DNA of 63,496 nucleotides from Candidatus Hadarchaeota archaeon (GCA_964394495.1 CAYMXQ010000002.1:1-63496); one strand, 5' to 3'; shown: positions 25,992 to 35,172, numbered from the stretch's first letter. Notes: a model not told the origin generated them from the letters alone. Made by a program: numbers and translations.

Positions 25992-27490
25992 GCTATCGTC
26001 AGGCGAGGTGGGCGCGTGAGGGGCGTTTGGAGCCTTTGGTCTTCGAACTGAGCAAGTCCGGCCGTAAAGGAGTTAGCCCGCCTAAAAAAGCGCTGGCAAA
26101 CATAAAAATCCCAGACAAGCTAGCGCGCCGTTCGCTGAATCTGCCGGAGTTATCCGAGCCTGAAGTGGTCAGGCACTACACCCGGCTTTCGCAGATGAAC
26201 TATGGCGTCGACTTGGTTTTCTATCCCATTGGGTCCTGCACGATGAAGTACAACCCAAAGATATGTGACGAGCTGGCCAACATGGAAGACGCTGCTTTCA
26301 TACACCCCGATCAGGACGAGGACACGGTGCAGGGCGCATTGGAGCTTATGTATAACCTGGAGCGTTACCTCTCCGAGATAGCCGGGGTGTCCAGAGTATG
26401 CCTGCACCCGTCTGCCGGGGCGCATGGGGAGTTGCTTGGCATGTTGCTAGTCCACGCGTACCATAAGTCCAAAGGAGAAGAGAGACCCGATGTCATAGTG
26501 CCCGACTCCGCCCACGGCACGAACTTTGCAAGCGCTGCGATGGCTGGGTTCAAAGTAATCATAATCCCATCAGATGACCGCGCGCGGGTTAATCTAGAAG
26601 CGCTTCGCTCGGCAGTTTCGAACAAGACCGCTGCCCTCATGCTGACGAACCCGAACACGCTGGGGTTATTCGAGGACGAGATGTCGGAGATCGCGAAGAC
26701 CGTCCATGATGTTGGTGGTCTGTTGTACTACGACGGCGCGAACATGAACGGGATTTTGGGCAAGGTTCGTCCGGGGGACATGGGCTTCGACATCGTCCAC
26801 TTCAACCTCCACAAGACATTCTCGACGCCTCATGGGGGAGGTGGTCCTGGAGCAGGTCCGGTCGGTGTGGTCAAGAAGTTGGAGAAGTTTTTGCCTGTGC
26901 CCGTGGTGGAGTACGACAAGAAGAAAAAGCGGTACTACCTCGATTATGACCGCCCCGAGTCCATCGGCAAAATCAGATCGTTCTATGGTAACTTCGGTGT
27001 GCTCGTGAAGGCGTACACGTACATATTGATGATGGGTGCAAGCGGGCTGAAGGAGGTCGCTGAAACGGCGGTCCTGAACGCAAATTATGTGATGAGGAAA
27101 ATGGCCGATGTCAGCGGGTTCGAGGTCAAGTTCAATGGTCCATGCAAACACGAGGTTGTATTCAGCGCTGAGCCGCTCAAACGTGAAACTGGCGTAACTG
27201 CGCGAGACGTGGCCAAGCGCTTACTCGACTATGGAATGCACGCACCCACATATTACTTCCCACCAATCGTTCCAGAAGCCCTCATGGTCGAGCCAACAGA
27301 AACTGAGCCGAAGGAGGAGTTAGATCGTTTCGTGGTCGCGATGAGGGAAATCGCCGGGGAGGCACGTTCTAACCCAGAAAGACTGCGAGCTGCCCCGACC
27401 GCCACCTCCATCGGCAGGCTGGACGAGGTCAAGGCATCCCGCGAACCTATTTTGAGCTGGAAGATGTACCGTAAATCGGCGAAGCGATGA
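25988..27490 (+). CDS. gcvPB: Glycine dehydrogenase (decarboxylating) subunit 2
   Basis: 500 aa. PLP-lysine motif NLHKTFSTPHGGGGPG. ATGA overlap with gcvPA. Confidence 0.93.
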   Translation: MSYRQARWAREGRLEPLVFELSKSGRKGVSPPKKALANIKIPDKLARRSLNLPELSEPEVVRHYTRLSQMNYGVDLVFYPIGSCTMKYNPKICDELANMEDAAFIHPDQDEDTVQGALELMYNLERYLSEIAGVSRVCLHPSAGAHGELLGMLLVHAYHKSKGEERPDVIVPDSAHGTNFASAAMAGFKVIIIPSDDRARVNLEALRSAVSNKTAALMLTNPNTLGLFEDEMSEIAKTVHDVGGLLYYDGANMNGILGKVRPGDMGFDIVHFNLHKTFSTPHGGGGPGAGPVGVVKKLEKFLPVPVVEYDKKKKRYYLDYDRPESIGKIRSFYGNFGVLVKAYTYILMMGASGLKEVAETAVLNANYVMRKMADVSGFEVKFNGPCKHEVVFSAEPLKRETGVTARDVAKRLLDYGMHAPTYYFPPIVPEALMVEPTETEPKEELDRFVVAMREIAGEARSNPERLRAAPTATSIGRLDEVKASREPILSWKMYRKSAKR

Positions 27491-28590
27491 AGCTAGGCTT
27501 GATCGTTAACCCAATAGCAGGAATGGGAGGCCGCGTAGGTCTCAAGGGAACAAATGGCATTGGTGTCGTAGCCAAAGCCACAGAACTCGGCGCAAAGCCG
27601 GTTTCCCCAGCCAGAGCAGTGAAGGCATTACGGGCTTTGAAAAGGGCCGGCATGGAGTTCGAGCTGGTCACGTACCCTGTTGAAATGGGGGAGTCAGAGG
27701 CAGCAGAGGCTGGGCTGAAGGCGCGGGTCATCGGGAACATCACTCTAGGGAAAACCACTGCGGATGACACGAAACGCGCGGCAAGAGAAATGCTTGAGGC
27801 GGGCGTAGATCTGATTCTCGTGGCTGGTGGAGACGGCACGATGAACGATGTCGTTGAAGTTATAGGGACAAAAACGCCTGTCCTTGGCATTCCAACAGGT
27901 GTTAAAATGCACTCCGCGACTTTTGCCAACACCCCAGAAGCAGCAGGCCAAGTTGCAGCACGTTTTTTGAGCGAAGGCCTGCCTCTTCGGGAGGCGGAGG
28001 TCATGGACATAGATGAGGATGCCTACCGCGAAAACCGGTTGGTGGCCAAACTGAGGGGCTACGCTCATGTACCGTACGAGCCGGTGATGATGCAGGCGAC
28101 CAAAGAGGGCAGCACCGGGTTTGAGCTGGCCGATCAAAAGGCGATTGCGCGTTGGACGATTGAGCTCATGGAACGTGACCGCCTGTACATATTGGGGCCG
28201 GGAAGCACAACGCGCGCCGTGGCTGAGGAGCTTGGCGTATACAATTCCACGTTGCTTGGCGTCGACCTTATTCACGATTTTAAACTACTCGCTCGCGATG
28301 TCAACGAAAGCCAGATTTTAGAGACCATGGGGGACAAGCCCGCCACAATAATAGTGAGCCCGATAGGCAAGCAGGGCTTCATACTTGGTCGCGGAAACCA
28401 GCAACTTAGTCCGTCTGTCATCAGGAAAGTGGGGAAGAAGAACATCCTAGTGCTCGCCACGCCACACAAGTTGTCCATGACTCCGGCTTTGAAGGTCGAC
28501 ACGGGCGATTATGCTCTGGACGGACAGATTCGAGGTTACATCCCCGTTGTGGTGGGGTACCTTCAAACCCAGATGGTTAAGGTAGTATAG
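27487..28590 (+). CDS. ATP-NAD kinase-like protein (COG3199 / AcoX-like), function unknown
   Basis: 367 aa. N-terminal IVNPIAGMGG and the GGDGT motif (LVAGGDGTMNDV). ATGA overlap with gcvPB. Confidence 0.7.
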   Translation: MKLGLIVNPIAGMGGRVGLKGTNGIGVVAKATELGAKPVSPARAVKALRALKRAGMEFELVTYPVEMGESEAAEAGLKARVIGNITLGKTTADDTKRAAREMLEAGVDLILVAGGDGTMNDVVEVIGTKTPVLGIPTGVKMHSATFANTPEAAGQVAARFLSEGLPLREAEVMDIDEDAYRENRLVAKLRGYAHVPYEPVMMQATKEGSTGFELADQKAIARWTIELMERDRLYILGPGSTTRAVAEELGVYNSTLLGVDLIHDFKLLARDVNESQILETMGDKPATIIVSPIGKQGFILGRGNQQLSPSVIRKVGKKNILVLATPHKLSMTPALKVDTGDYALDGQIRGYIPVVVGYLQTQMVKVV

Positions 28591-28634
28591 GCCAAGCATT
28601 TTAAATAACGACCCGAGCTTGATAGGGTGTAAAA

Positions 28635-29108
28635 ATGGCAATTGGGAGAAGACATCAGGACCCAGATTACCGTATAAAAGGCCTGACTAAGGTTAAAATC
28701 AAGGACGTGATGAACACCAGGCCCAGGACGGTCGGCCCTGGCACTTCAATCGACGGTCTGATGGACCGTCTGCTCGGTCAGATAGAGGGGTGTTTTCCGG
28801 TTGTGGACAAGAACAAGAAACTTCTGGGGGTAGTTACCGAGAGCGACATACTGCAAGTGCTCCACCCAGCGTTCCCCCAGAAGATGGTCGGCTCCGTCTT
28901 CAGGGAGGCCATGAAAGGAACGGCGAAGACAGTTGGGGAGATAATGACGAAACGTCCCGTAGCCGTGAGCCCAGACATGGCAATAGCTGAGGTCATGAAC
29001 CTGATGGCCGCGCACAAGCTCCGCCGCCTGCCGGTAGTAGATGGCGAAAAGCTCGTCGGATTAGTTTCCTTCAGGGACATCATCAAGCTCTATCGAGTCG
29101 TGAAGTAG
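28635..29108 (+). CDS. CBS-domain pair protein
   Basis: 157 aa with two CBS repeats (VVDKNKKLLGVVTESDIL; VVDGEKLVGLVSFRDII). Confidence 0.85.
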   Translation: MAIGRRHQDPDYRIKGLTKVKIKDVMNTRPRTVGPGTSIDGLMDRLLGQIEGCFPVVDKNKKLLGVVTESDILQVLHPAFPQKMVGSVFREAMKGTAKTVGEIMTKRPVAVSPDMAIAEVMNLMAAHKLRRLPVVDGEKLVGLVSFRDIIKLYRVVK

Positions 29109-29118
29109 GTGGTCGATT

Positions 29119-30366
29119 ATGGCGGTCGAACTCTTATCGGTGCTACTGTACCTTGCCGTGTTCCTCGCAGCTGCCAAGCTCGGCGGCGTGTTCGCAGCTA
29201 AGATCGGACAGCCGACGGTCTCCGGTGAACTCATCGCAGGTATAATGATAGGCCCGTTCGTGGCTGGCTGGATATCGCAGCAGATTTTCGGCGTTTCCCT
29301 CTGCATCAACCCAGGCACACCTGCGGGGGAGTTCATGGGCATGCTTGCCGAAGTGGGGATAATCATGCTGATGTTCCTCGCCGGGCTTTCGATTGACGTG
29401 GGCGAGTTCAAGAAAGCTGGGAAGCCTTCAGCGATTGTGGCTGCCGCCGGTGTGGTGGTCGCGTTCGCGCTAGGTTTCGGTGCAGCTTCGATATTCGGCT
29501 GGACCACCCTGGAAGCTGCGTTCGCAGGCGGGATTCTCGTGGCCACTAGCGTGGGCATCACGGTCAGGACCCTCATAGGCATAAACAGGTTGCATACTCG
29601 CGTTGGCATGACCATCCTGGGTGCGGCAGTAATAGACGATGTCCTTGGGATAATCATACTGAGCGTGCTCACTGGCATAGCTTTAGGCGGAGTTTCCTTC
29701 CTGGGCATCGCGGAAACTCTGGGCCTGATGGGCCTGTTCTTCCTCTTGGTCGTGTTGATAGGGTTCAAGTTAGGACCGCGCATCATAACTTATGTCGGCA
29801 GACTCGACGTCGAAGAGATAACGCTCTCCGTGGCCCTGGCGCTCGTCTTCTTGGTCGCAGCGCTCGCCGAGATGGTGAGCATCGCAGCCATAACCGGGGC
29901 GTTTTTGGCGGGGTTGATAATAAACAAGTCCCAAGCGGCCGGAGCGCTCAGGGCAAAGGTCTCGATGTTGGGTTACGGGTTCTTCATACCGCTGTTTTTC
30001 GTCGGGATGGGCGCGCACACAGACCTGCAGGCGTTGAGCAGCGTCAGCTTGTTGGCCCTCGTCTTCCTCGGCATAGCGATGTTCGACAAGATAGCGGGAT
30101 GTGGGCTCGGAGCCCTGCTCAGCGGTTTTGGGGCCAGGGACTCCTTGAGGGTGGGCGTGGGCATGATGCCGCGTGCCGAAGTGGCGCTCGTCATGGCAGC
30201 AATCGGTATAAAATCAGGGGCGGTTGGCCCGGCGCTGCTTTCGATGACGGTCATGGTCGTGCTTGTCACGTCACTCGTCACACCTGCCATGGTGAATCTC
30301 GTCTTCAGAGGCTCCAACGGCAGAAAAGCAGATGTCGGGCTTTCGCGTCGAAACCGGCAGCGATGA
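29119..30366 (+). CDS. Cation:proton antiporter, CPA2 (Kef/NapA-like)
   Basis: 415 aa, polytopic. N-terminal GQPTVSGELIAGIMIGP motif. Confidence 0.85.
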   Translation: MAVELLSVLLYLAVFLAAAKLGGVFAAKIGQPTVSGELIAGIMIGPFVAGWISQQIFGVSLCINPGTPAGEFMGMLAEVGIIMLMFLAGLSIDVGEFKKAGKPSAIVAAAGVVVAFALGFGAASIFGWTTLEAAFAGGILVATSVGITVRTLIGINRLHTRVGMTILGAAVIDDVLGIIILSVLTGIALGGVSFLGIAETLGLMGLFFLLVVLIGFKLGPRIITYVGRLDVEEITLSVALALVFLVAALAEMVSIAAITGAFLAGLIINKSQAAGALRAKVSMLGYGFFIPLFFVGMGAHTDLQALSSVSLLALVFLGIAMFDKIAGCGLGALLSGFGARDSLRVGVGMMPRAEVALVMAAIGIKSGAVGPALLSMTVMVVLVTSLVTPAMVNLVFRGSNGRKADVGLSRRNRQR

Positions 30367-30429
30367 TTGACCCGACCGTTGGCTCACGATTTTAACGTGT
30401 GCGTATGATATTGGTTAGGGGGGCTGGCG

Positions 30430-31626
30430 TTGTTCGAGGAAATCTTTGAGGAGGAGCTCGGCCGGGAATCGGTTTTTCGCGATGCCAGTAAGCTTTTACC
30501 CGATCACGTTCCTGCAGCCCTGGTGCACCGCGATGAGGAGTTCCGCCAGCTGACCAGGATCTTCAAACCCGTGATCGAAAGCAAGGCCAGCCAGCGAGTT
30601 CTAGTAACAGGCAGCACAGGGGTCGGGAAAACGGCCCTGACCCGAAGGTTTGGAGCCGTGTTGGAGGCAACGGTAAAAAGTAGGAACCTTAACCTGATTT
30701 ACTTCCACATAAACTGCCGTAAGGACAGGACACTTTATTCCGTCTTGGTGAAGCTTTACCAGCACTTTAACCCACGCTGGCCCTATCGCGGGCTAGGTCC
30801 AGAGAAGCTTCTCGACACGGCCGTCACATACCTGAACTCCCACGATGCCTATCTGGTGCTCACCTTGGACGAGATCGATTACTTCCTGCAGCTGAACGGC
30901 CCCGACCTGCTCTATTCACTGACTCGTGCGGCCGAGGAGTCGGGGGGGCCTAATCGGATAAGCATCATAGCGATAGCAAAAGACAAGAGTTTTCTTAGGT
31001 ACCTCGACGCCGCGACCCAGAGCACTTTCATGCATAACGTCCTGCATCTCGATAAGTACAACGCCCGGCAACTGACGGACATAATGAACCAGAGGATCGG
31101 GGAGGCCTTCAAGGTGGGGGCGGTTGAAGAAGAAACCGTGGAGTTGATAGCCGACACCGCCTCTCGGTTGGGTGACGCGCGCTTCGCTCTCGAGTTGCTC
31201 TGGCGAGCCGGCATGATGGCGGACGGGGAGAGGAAGGATGTGGTCGCACCGGAGCACGCGCGCCGAGCTAAGGCGGAGGTCTACCCTGAGGTCAAACGGG
31301 AGGTCCTGCGCGAACTGCATCCGCACGAGAAACTTGTCCTACTGGCCATCGTGCGGAAGCTCAGGATTTCCAAACGGGCTTACGCGCCCACAGAGGATAT
31401 GGAGAGCTCATACCGCGTAGTCTGCGAGGAGTACGGGGAGGAGCCTCACGCCCACACTCAGTTTTGGGGGCACGTAAAGCGGATGGAGGGTCTAGGCCTA
31501 GTAGATCTTAGGCCCACCAAGTCTCGCCATCGCGGGCGGGGAAGTTTAAGGATAGGTGCCCACGAGATTCCAGTTGAATGGCTGGAGAGGGAAATGGAAG
31601 GGCTGCTCGATGGCCGCAAGCGATAG
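30430..31626 (+). CDS. Orc1/Cdc6 replication initiator paralog (copy 2)
   Basis: 398 aa, TTG start. Walker A GSTGVGKTA, Walker B VLTLDEID, C-terminal winged helix. Confidence 0.9.
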   Translation: MFEEIFEEELGRESVFRDASKLLPDHVPAALVHRDEEFRQLTRIFKPVIESKASQRVLVTGSTGVGKTALTRRFGAVLEATVKSRNLNLIYFHINCRKDRTLYSVLVKLYQHFNPRWPYRGLGPEKLLDTAVTYLNSHDAYLVLTLDEIDYFLQLNGPDLLYSLTRAAEESGGPNRISIIAIAKDKSFLRYLDAATQSTFMHNVLHLDKYNARQLTDIMNQRIGEAFKVGAVEEETVELIADTASRLGDARFALELLWRAGMMADGERKDVVAPEHARRAKAEVYPEVKREVLRELHPHEKLVLLAIVRKLRISKRAYAPTEDMESSYRVVCEEYGEEPHAHTQFWGHVKRMEGLGLVDLRPTKSRHRGRGSLRIGAHEIPVEWLEREMEGLLDGRKR

Positions 31627-31696
31627 AAAGACTTTTTCAACTTTCAGCCAAAGTCCTTCGGGGGTCGTGGGGTAGCCTGGTCTATCCTTCTGGCTT

Positions 31697-31719
31697 AAGG
31701 CCGTTTTCGGCCTGCCAAT
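31697..31719 (+). other. tRNA-Pro intron 1 (23 nt) at position 33/34
   Basis: hBHBh' motif. Central helix TGGC(31691-94)/GCCA(31714-17). Bulges TTA and ATC. Inner helix AGGCCG/CGGCCT with a TTTT loop. Outer helix 31687-90/31721-24. Confidence 0.75.
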
Positions 31720-31723
31720 CGGG

Positions 31724-31745
31724 GCTTAGACCAACTAGGCGAAAG
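31724..31745 (+). other. tRNA-Pro intron 2 (22 nt) at canonical position 37/38
   Basis: hBHBh' motif whose central helix TTCG/CGAA(31740-43) exists only after intron 1 is excised. Bulges GGG and AGA. Inner helix CTTAG/CTAGG. The outer helix is the anticodon stem. Confidence 0.75.
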
Positions 31746-31783
31746 AGCCAGAGACCCGAGTTCGAATCTCGGCGACCCCACCA

Positions 31784-33004
31784 CTACTTCCTCTTTTTCC
31801 TGACACGTTTCGTCTTAGGTGGCTTCAGGCGGGCCAGCCCCCAGACTGCGAGAAGTAGCAGAACCGCGACGAGTATGTAGATGAAACCTTTCCAGATGTC
31901 ACCTCCCGGCATCGAGCCCCAGCTTCCGAAGCAGTAGAGCCGACCGTCACCCGACCCAAAGACCTTCCCATATGCAATGGCAGGTGAGGCAGTCCCTGTG
32001 GCCCCTATGTGGTATTTCCATACAAGGTCCCCGTTCTGTGTGTTCAAAGCGTAGAGGTACCCGTCTTGGGTGGCAATGAAAACCTTGTTGTCAGTGACGG
32101 CAGGTGAAGACTGCACTTGTCCCTCAGTGGTGTAACTCCACCTCAGTCCACCGTTTTCGGCGTCTAGGGCGTAGATGAGGCCGTCGTTCGAGCTGAAATA
32201 GACCGTGTCGTCTGCGATAGCCGGGGAGGATTCGATTGGATTTCCCACACCAAATTTCCAGAGCTCACCTCCAGTAGCTTTGTCAAGCGCATAGAGATGT
32301 CCGTCGTTCGAGCCGATGTAAACGCGACCGTCCATGACCGCCGGAGAGGAGACTATTGAATTATTTTCTATCTGATGACTCCAGAACACAGACCCATCAC
32401 CCGTACGTAGGGCATAGACAGTGCCGTCCCAAGTTCCGATGAAAATCAGGCTGCCTTCAATTGCTAGCGAAGATGTGGTCATACTCGCCAGGTTTTTCTC
32501 CCAAATCAATTGCCCGGTCGTTGTGTTGAGAGCATAGACGAAGTTGTCAGTTGAGGCGATGTAGACGACGTTGTTCACTACTGCTGGCGAGGAGTAAATC
32601 GCGCCCTGCGTAGAGTAGCTCCAGATGTTCTCTCCTGTCGCCACGCCCAAACAATAAACAAAATGGTCGTGGGAACCGAAGTAAACGCGCCCGTTGGAAA
32701 AAGCGGGTGACGAGACTTCACCCCCCGCATTGAACCTCCATATCTCTTTCCCGTTGAACACATCTATCGCGTAGAGATATCCACTGCTCGACCCTACGAA
32801 CACCTTGTAGTTGTCGACCGCAGGCGAGGAAAGTGTACCCTCTGCATCGAACGTCCACGCGATTTCGTAAGTGTCCGGAGCGGGATAGTCAGAATAGCCT
32901 GTGCGTTGGGGGTCGTGTTGAAAAGTAGGCCACTCTTGCGCCTGGACAGTTCCAGCTAGCATTAGGGCGATGATTATTACAAGCACGGCTTTCACAGGCA
33001 TCAT
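31784..33004 (-). CDS. Secreted/anchored PQQ-like beta-propeller repeat protein
   Basis: 406 aa. N-terminal signal-like segment, about 8 repeats of the V(Y/F)xGSxDGxLYAL type, C-terminal TM helix plus a KKRK tail. Confidence 0.8.
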   Translation of the reverse strand: MMPVKAVLVIIIALMLAGTVQAQEWPTFQHDPQRTGYSDYPAPDTYEIAWTFDAEGTLSSPAVDNYKVFVGSSSGYLYAIDVFNGKEIWRFNAGGEVSSPAFSNGRVYFGSHDHFVYCLGVATGENIWSYSTQGAIYSSPAVVNNVVYIASTDNFVYALNTTTGQLIWEKNLASMTTSSLAIEGSLIFIGTWDGTVYALRTGDGSVFWSHQIENNSIVSSPAVMDGRVYIGSNDGHLYALDKATGGELWKFGVGNPIESSPAIADDTVYFSSNDGLIYALDAENGGLRWSYTTEGQVQSSPAVTDNKVFIATQDGYLYALNTQNGDLVWKYHIGATGTASPAIAYGKVFGSGDGRLYCFGSWGSMPGGDIWKGFIYILVAVLLLLAVWGLARLKPPKTKRVRKKRK

Positions 33005-33060
33005 CCCTACTTTAATTATAGCACGTAAATTTCTACTAGTTAGGTCATTTTATGCCGTAT

Positions 33061-34563
33061 TTACTTCGGGCCTTTCCACTTACTCAATGGCACACCAAGC
33101 TTTTTCTCCACTAAAGGCCTGTGGATCGAGTTCATTGTACAGAACGGTATGATGCGCCCGTCTGGTACAGCATAGTGGATACCACAGCGTTCAATGCGTT
33201 CCAAGTCGAAGTTGTATGGGTCCTGGAAGTGCATGCAGCCGATCATGAGCGCTCTCTCGTGGAACTCCGAGATGGCCGTGTAATCGCCTGTGCGGATGAC
33301 GTTCAGGACTATCTTGAGCGGGTTTAACCCCTTCGGTGCCTTTGACAGATCTATTGTGCTCGGGATGTCCTTCAGCGCCTTCGCCATGACCCTGGTCTTC
33401 GCCCCGAACCCACCCTTCTTCAGGTCCTCGGCATATTCGTCCAGCAAACTGAAAAGCTTCTCGACATTCACGAAACGTGTTATCGGGATTATCTTGCCAT
33501 CGTCCACGAATACGTACGTCGCGGCACCACAGTGTTCGTGGCACGTGAACTCTACGTAAGGTTTGCCCTTGTAGGCCTCGACAAAGCGCGAGATTGGCAC
33601 CACACATGGCACTGGGTAGAAGTCTGATGTAGCTATCTGTCCATCGGTCTGCTTTTCAACGGCCTTCATGAAATCCGGGATTGTTATCCGCCAGCTCTTG
33701 CGTTGCTTCTGCGATATTCTGCCAGCAAACGAGACAGGTTGCACGTTCACGCACTTGACGACGTCCATGTTCTTTATCGCGAAGCGGATGATGTCACCGA
33801 GTTGTTTGTCGTTAACACCCTTGACGAGCGTGACAACTAACACGACGCTGCGAAGATCCACCTTCCGGCAGTTTTCGATTGCCTTGAGCTTGTGGTGTAG
33901 GACATCCTCCCCCCGCGTGGTCTTGTACGGTTCGGGTGTCACACCATCGAATTGGAGGTAGAGCGTGCTCAACCCGGCGTCCACCAATCTTTTCAGGAAA
34001 TCCAGATCCTCAGCGATCCGTTTGCCGTTGGTGTTGACCTCGATGTGCAGAAAGCCTGCTTCGTGCGCGGCGCGGACGATGTCGGGGAGGTCATCGCGTA
34101 GGGTTGGTTCACCGCCGGATAGTTGTAGTCCTGGAGCTGGAACCGGTTCGTTGGCGCGGAGGTTACGGATCATCTCAACTATTTGGTCGAATGTGGGTTC
34201 GTAGACATATCCAGCCACAGCAGCGTTAGCGAAACATATCGGGCAGCGCATGTTGCAGCGGTTTGTGACGTCAATTATACCCAAGATCGTGTGCGACTTG
34301 TGGTTGGGGCAGATGCCGCAATCGAACGGGCATCCGCGGTCCTCCTTTGTGTGGGGGTTCTCTACTCCCTTCCCGACGCTCGCGAACTCCTGGGCCCGTT
34401 TATACAATTTTGCATCCGACCAATAGACATCCTCAAATTTACCGTGCTTTGGGCACTCCTTCCTAATCAGCGCCTCGCCGTCCTCCTCTACGATTTCTGC
34501 CTTAATAACCTTCACGCACTCAGGGCAGAAGCTTTTGGTCTTCTTGAGTAACTTCCCGCTCAT
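33061..34563 (-). CDS. Radical SAM protein, tetraether lipid synthase (Tes / GDGT-MAS)-like
   Basis: 500 aa. N-terminal zinc ribbon (CPEC..CPKHG), CX3CX2C (CNMRCPIC), C-terminal HFQDPYNFDLERIERCGIHY..PDGRIIPFC region. Divergent from carS. Confidence 0.6.
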   Translation of the reverse strand: MSGKLLKKTKSFCPECVKVIKAEIVEEDGEALIRKECPKHGKFEDVYWSDAKLYKRAQEFASVGKGVENPHTKEDRGCPFDCGICPNHKSHTILGIIDVTNRCNMRCPICFANAAVAGYVYEPTFDQIVEMIRNLRANEPVPAPGLQLSGGEPTLRDDLPDIVRAAHEAGFLHIEVNTNGKRIAEDLDFLKRLVDAGLSTLYLQFDGVTPEPYKTTRGEDVLHHKLKAIENCRKVDLRSVVLVVTLVKGVNDKQLGDIIRFAIKNMDVVKCVNVQPVSFAGRISQKQRKSWRITIPDFMKAVEKQTDGQIATSDFYPVPCVVPISRFVEAYKGKPYVEFTCHEHCGAATYVFVDDGKIIPITRFVNVEKLFSLLDEYAEDLKKGGFGAKTRVMAKALKDIPSTIDLSKAPKGLNPLKIVLNVIRTGDYTAISEFHERALMIGCMHFQDPYNFDLERIERCGIHYAVPDGRIIPFCTMNSIHRPLVEKKLGVPLSKWKGPK

Positions 34564-34651
34564 TCAATCATTCACCATTAAAAGGAGGGATATTTTAAAT
34601 CATTGGTATAAATTCTAGCGAACAAATCCAGTTGGGAGAGGTAGTGAGAAA

Positions 34652-35161
34652 TTGTGTAAAGAAGTACTTGGCCTAATTGCCTCAGCACTTTGGTTTATAC
34701 TGCCGGCGTACGCGGCAAACGCAACCCCGGTCGTGCTGGGTGGTGGGAGGCCGATAGACGGCGGTAGAAAGTTCAGAGACGGGCGCCCGATTTTTGGTCC
34801 TGGGAAGACCATATGCGGATTTGTGGCAGGGCTGGTAGCAGGCCCCGTGGTGGGCGCGCTACAGGGGGTTTGGGCCGGTGACGTTTTCACTTACACCGTA
34901 CTCGGCTTCCTGCTCGCGTTAGGGGCATTGACGGGGGATTTGCTCGGTAGTTTCATTAAACGTCGTTTGGGCATCTCGCGAGGAGGAGCCGCGCCAGGCT
35001 TGGACCAGCTCGGGTTCATCGCGTTGGCTTTACTCTTTGCGAGTCCGTTGAGAGTGCCTGGCTGGGACGTGATATTGACGATTTTCATCATCACCCCGCC
35101 AATTCACCTCGCCACAAACTTCGTCGGCTACAAACTTGGATTCAAGAGCAGGCCCTACTAA
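34652..35161 (+). CDS. carS: CDP-archaeol synthase
   Basis: 169 aa membrane protein (DUF46 pattern). Motifs LPAYAANATPV, GKTICGF, GDLLGSFIKRRLGI, GLDQL. Confidence 0.85.
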   Translation: MCKEVLGLIASALWFILPAYAANATPVVLGGGRPIDGGRKFRDGRPIFGPGKTICGFVAGLVAGPVVGALQGVWAGDVFTYTVLGFLLALGALTGDLLGSFIKRRLGISRGGAAPGLDQLGFIALALLFASPLRVPGWDVILTIFIITPPIHLATNFVGYKLGFKSRPY

Positions 35162-35172
35162 CGGGTGAGATT

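Larger units (their letters stand above)
31661..31783 (+). tRNA. tRNA-Pro (anticodon CGG) with two introns; CCA encoded
   Basis: Acceptor GGGGTCG/CGACCCC. D loop AGCCTGGTCTA. T arm CCGAG-TTCGAAT-CTCGG. Two complete bulge-helix-bulge motifs. The spliced anticodon arm is CTGGC-TTCGGGA-GCCAG. Confidence 0.85.

Noticed and set aside
31661-31783. Reading the interrupted tRNA as a single-intron tRNA-Leu(UAA/UAG), with the intron at 37/38 after CTTAAG.
   Set aside because: There is no long variable arm, and the D arm and acceptor are Pro-like. No valid bulge-helix-bulge can be drawn for that splice choice, because only 2 of 4 central pairs form. The two-intron solution gives two perfect BHB motifs and a canonical 7-nt loop.
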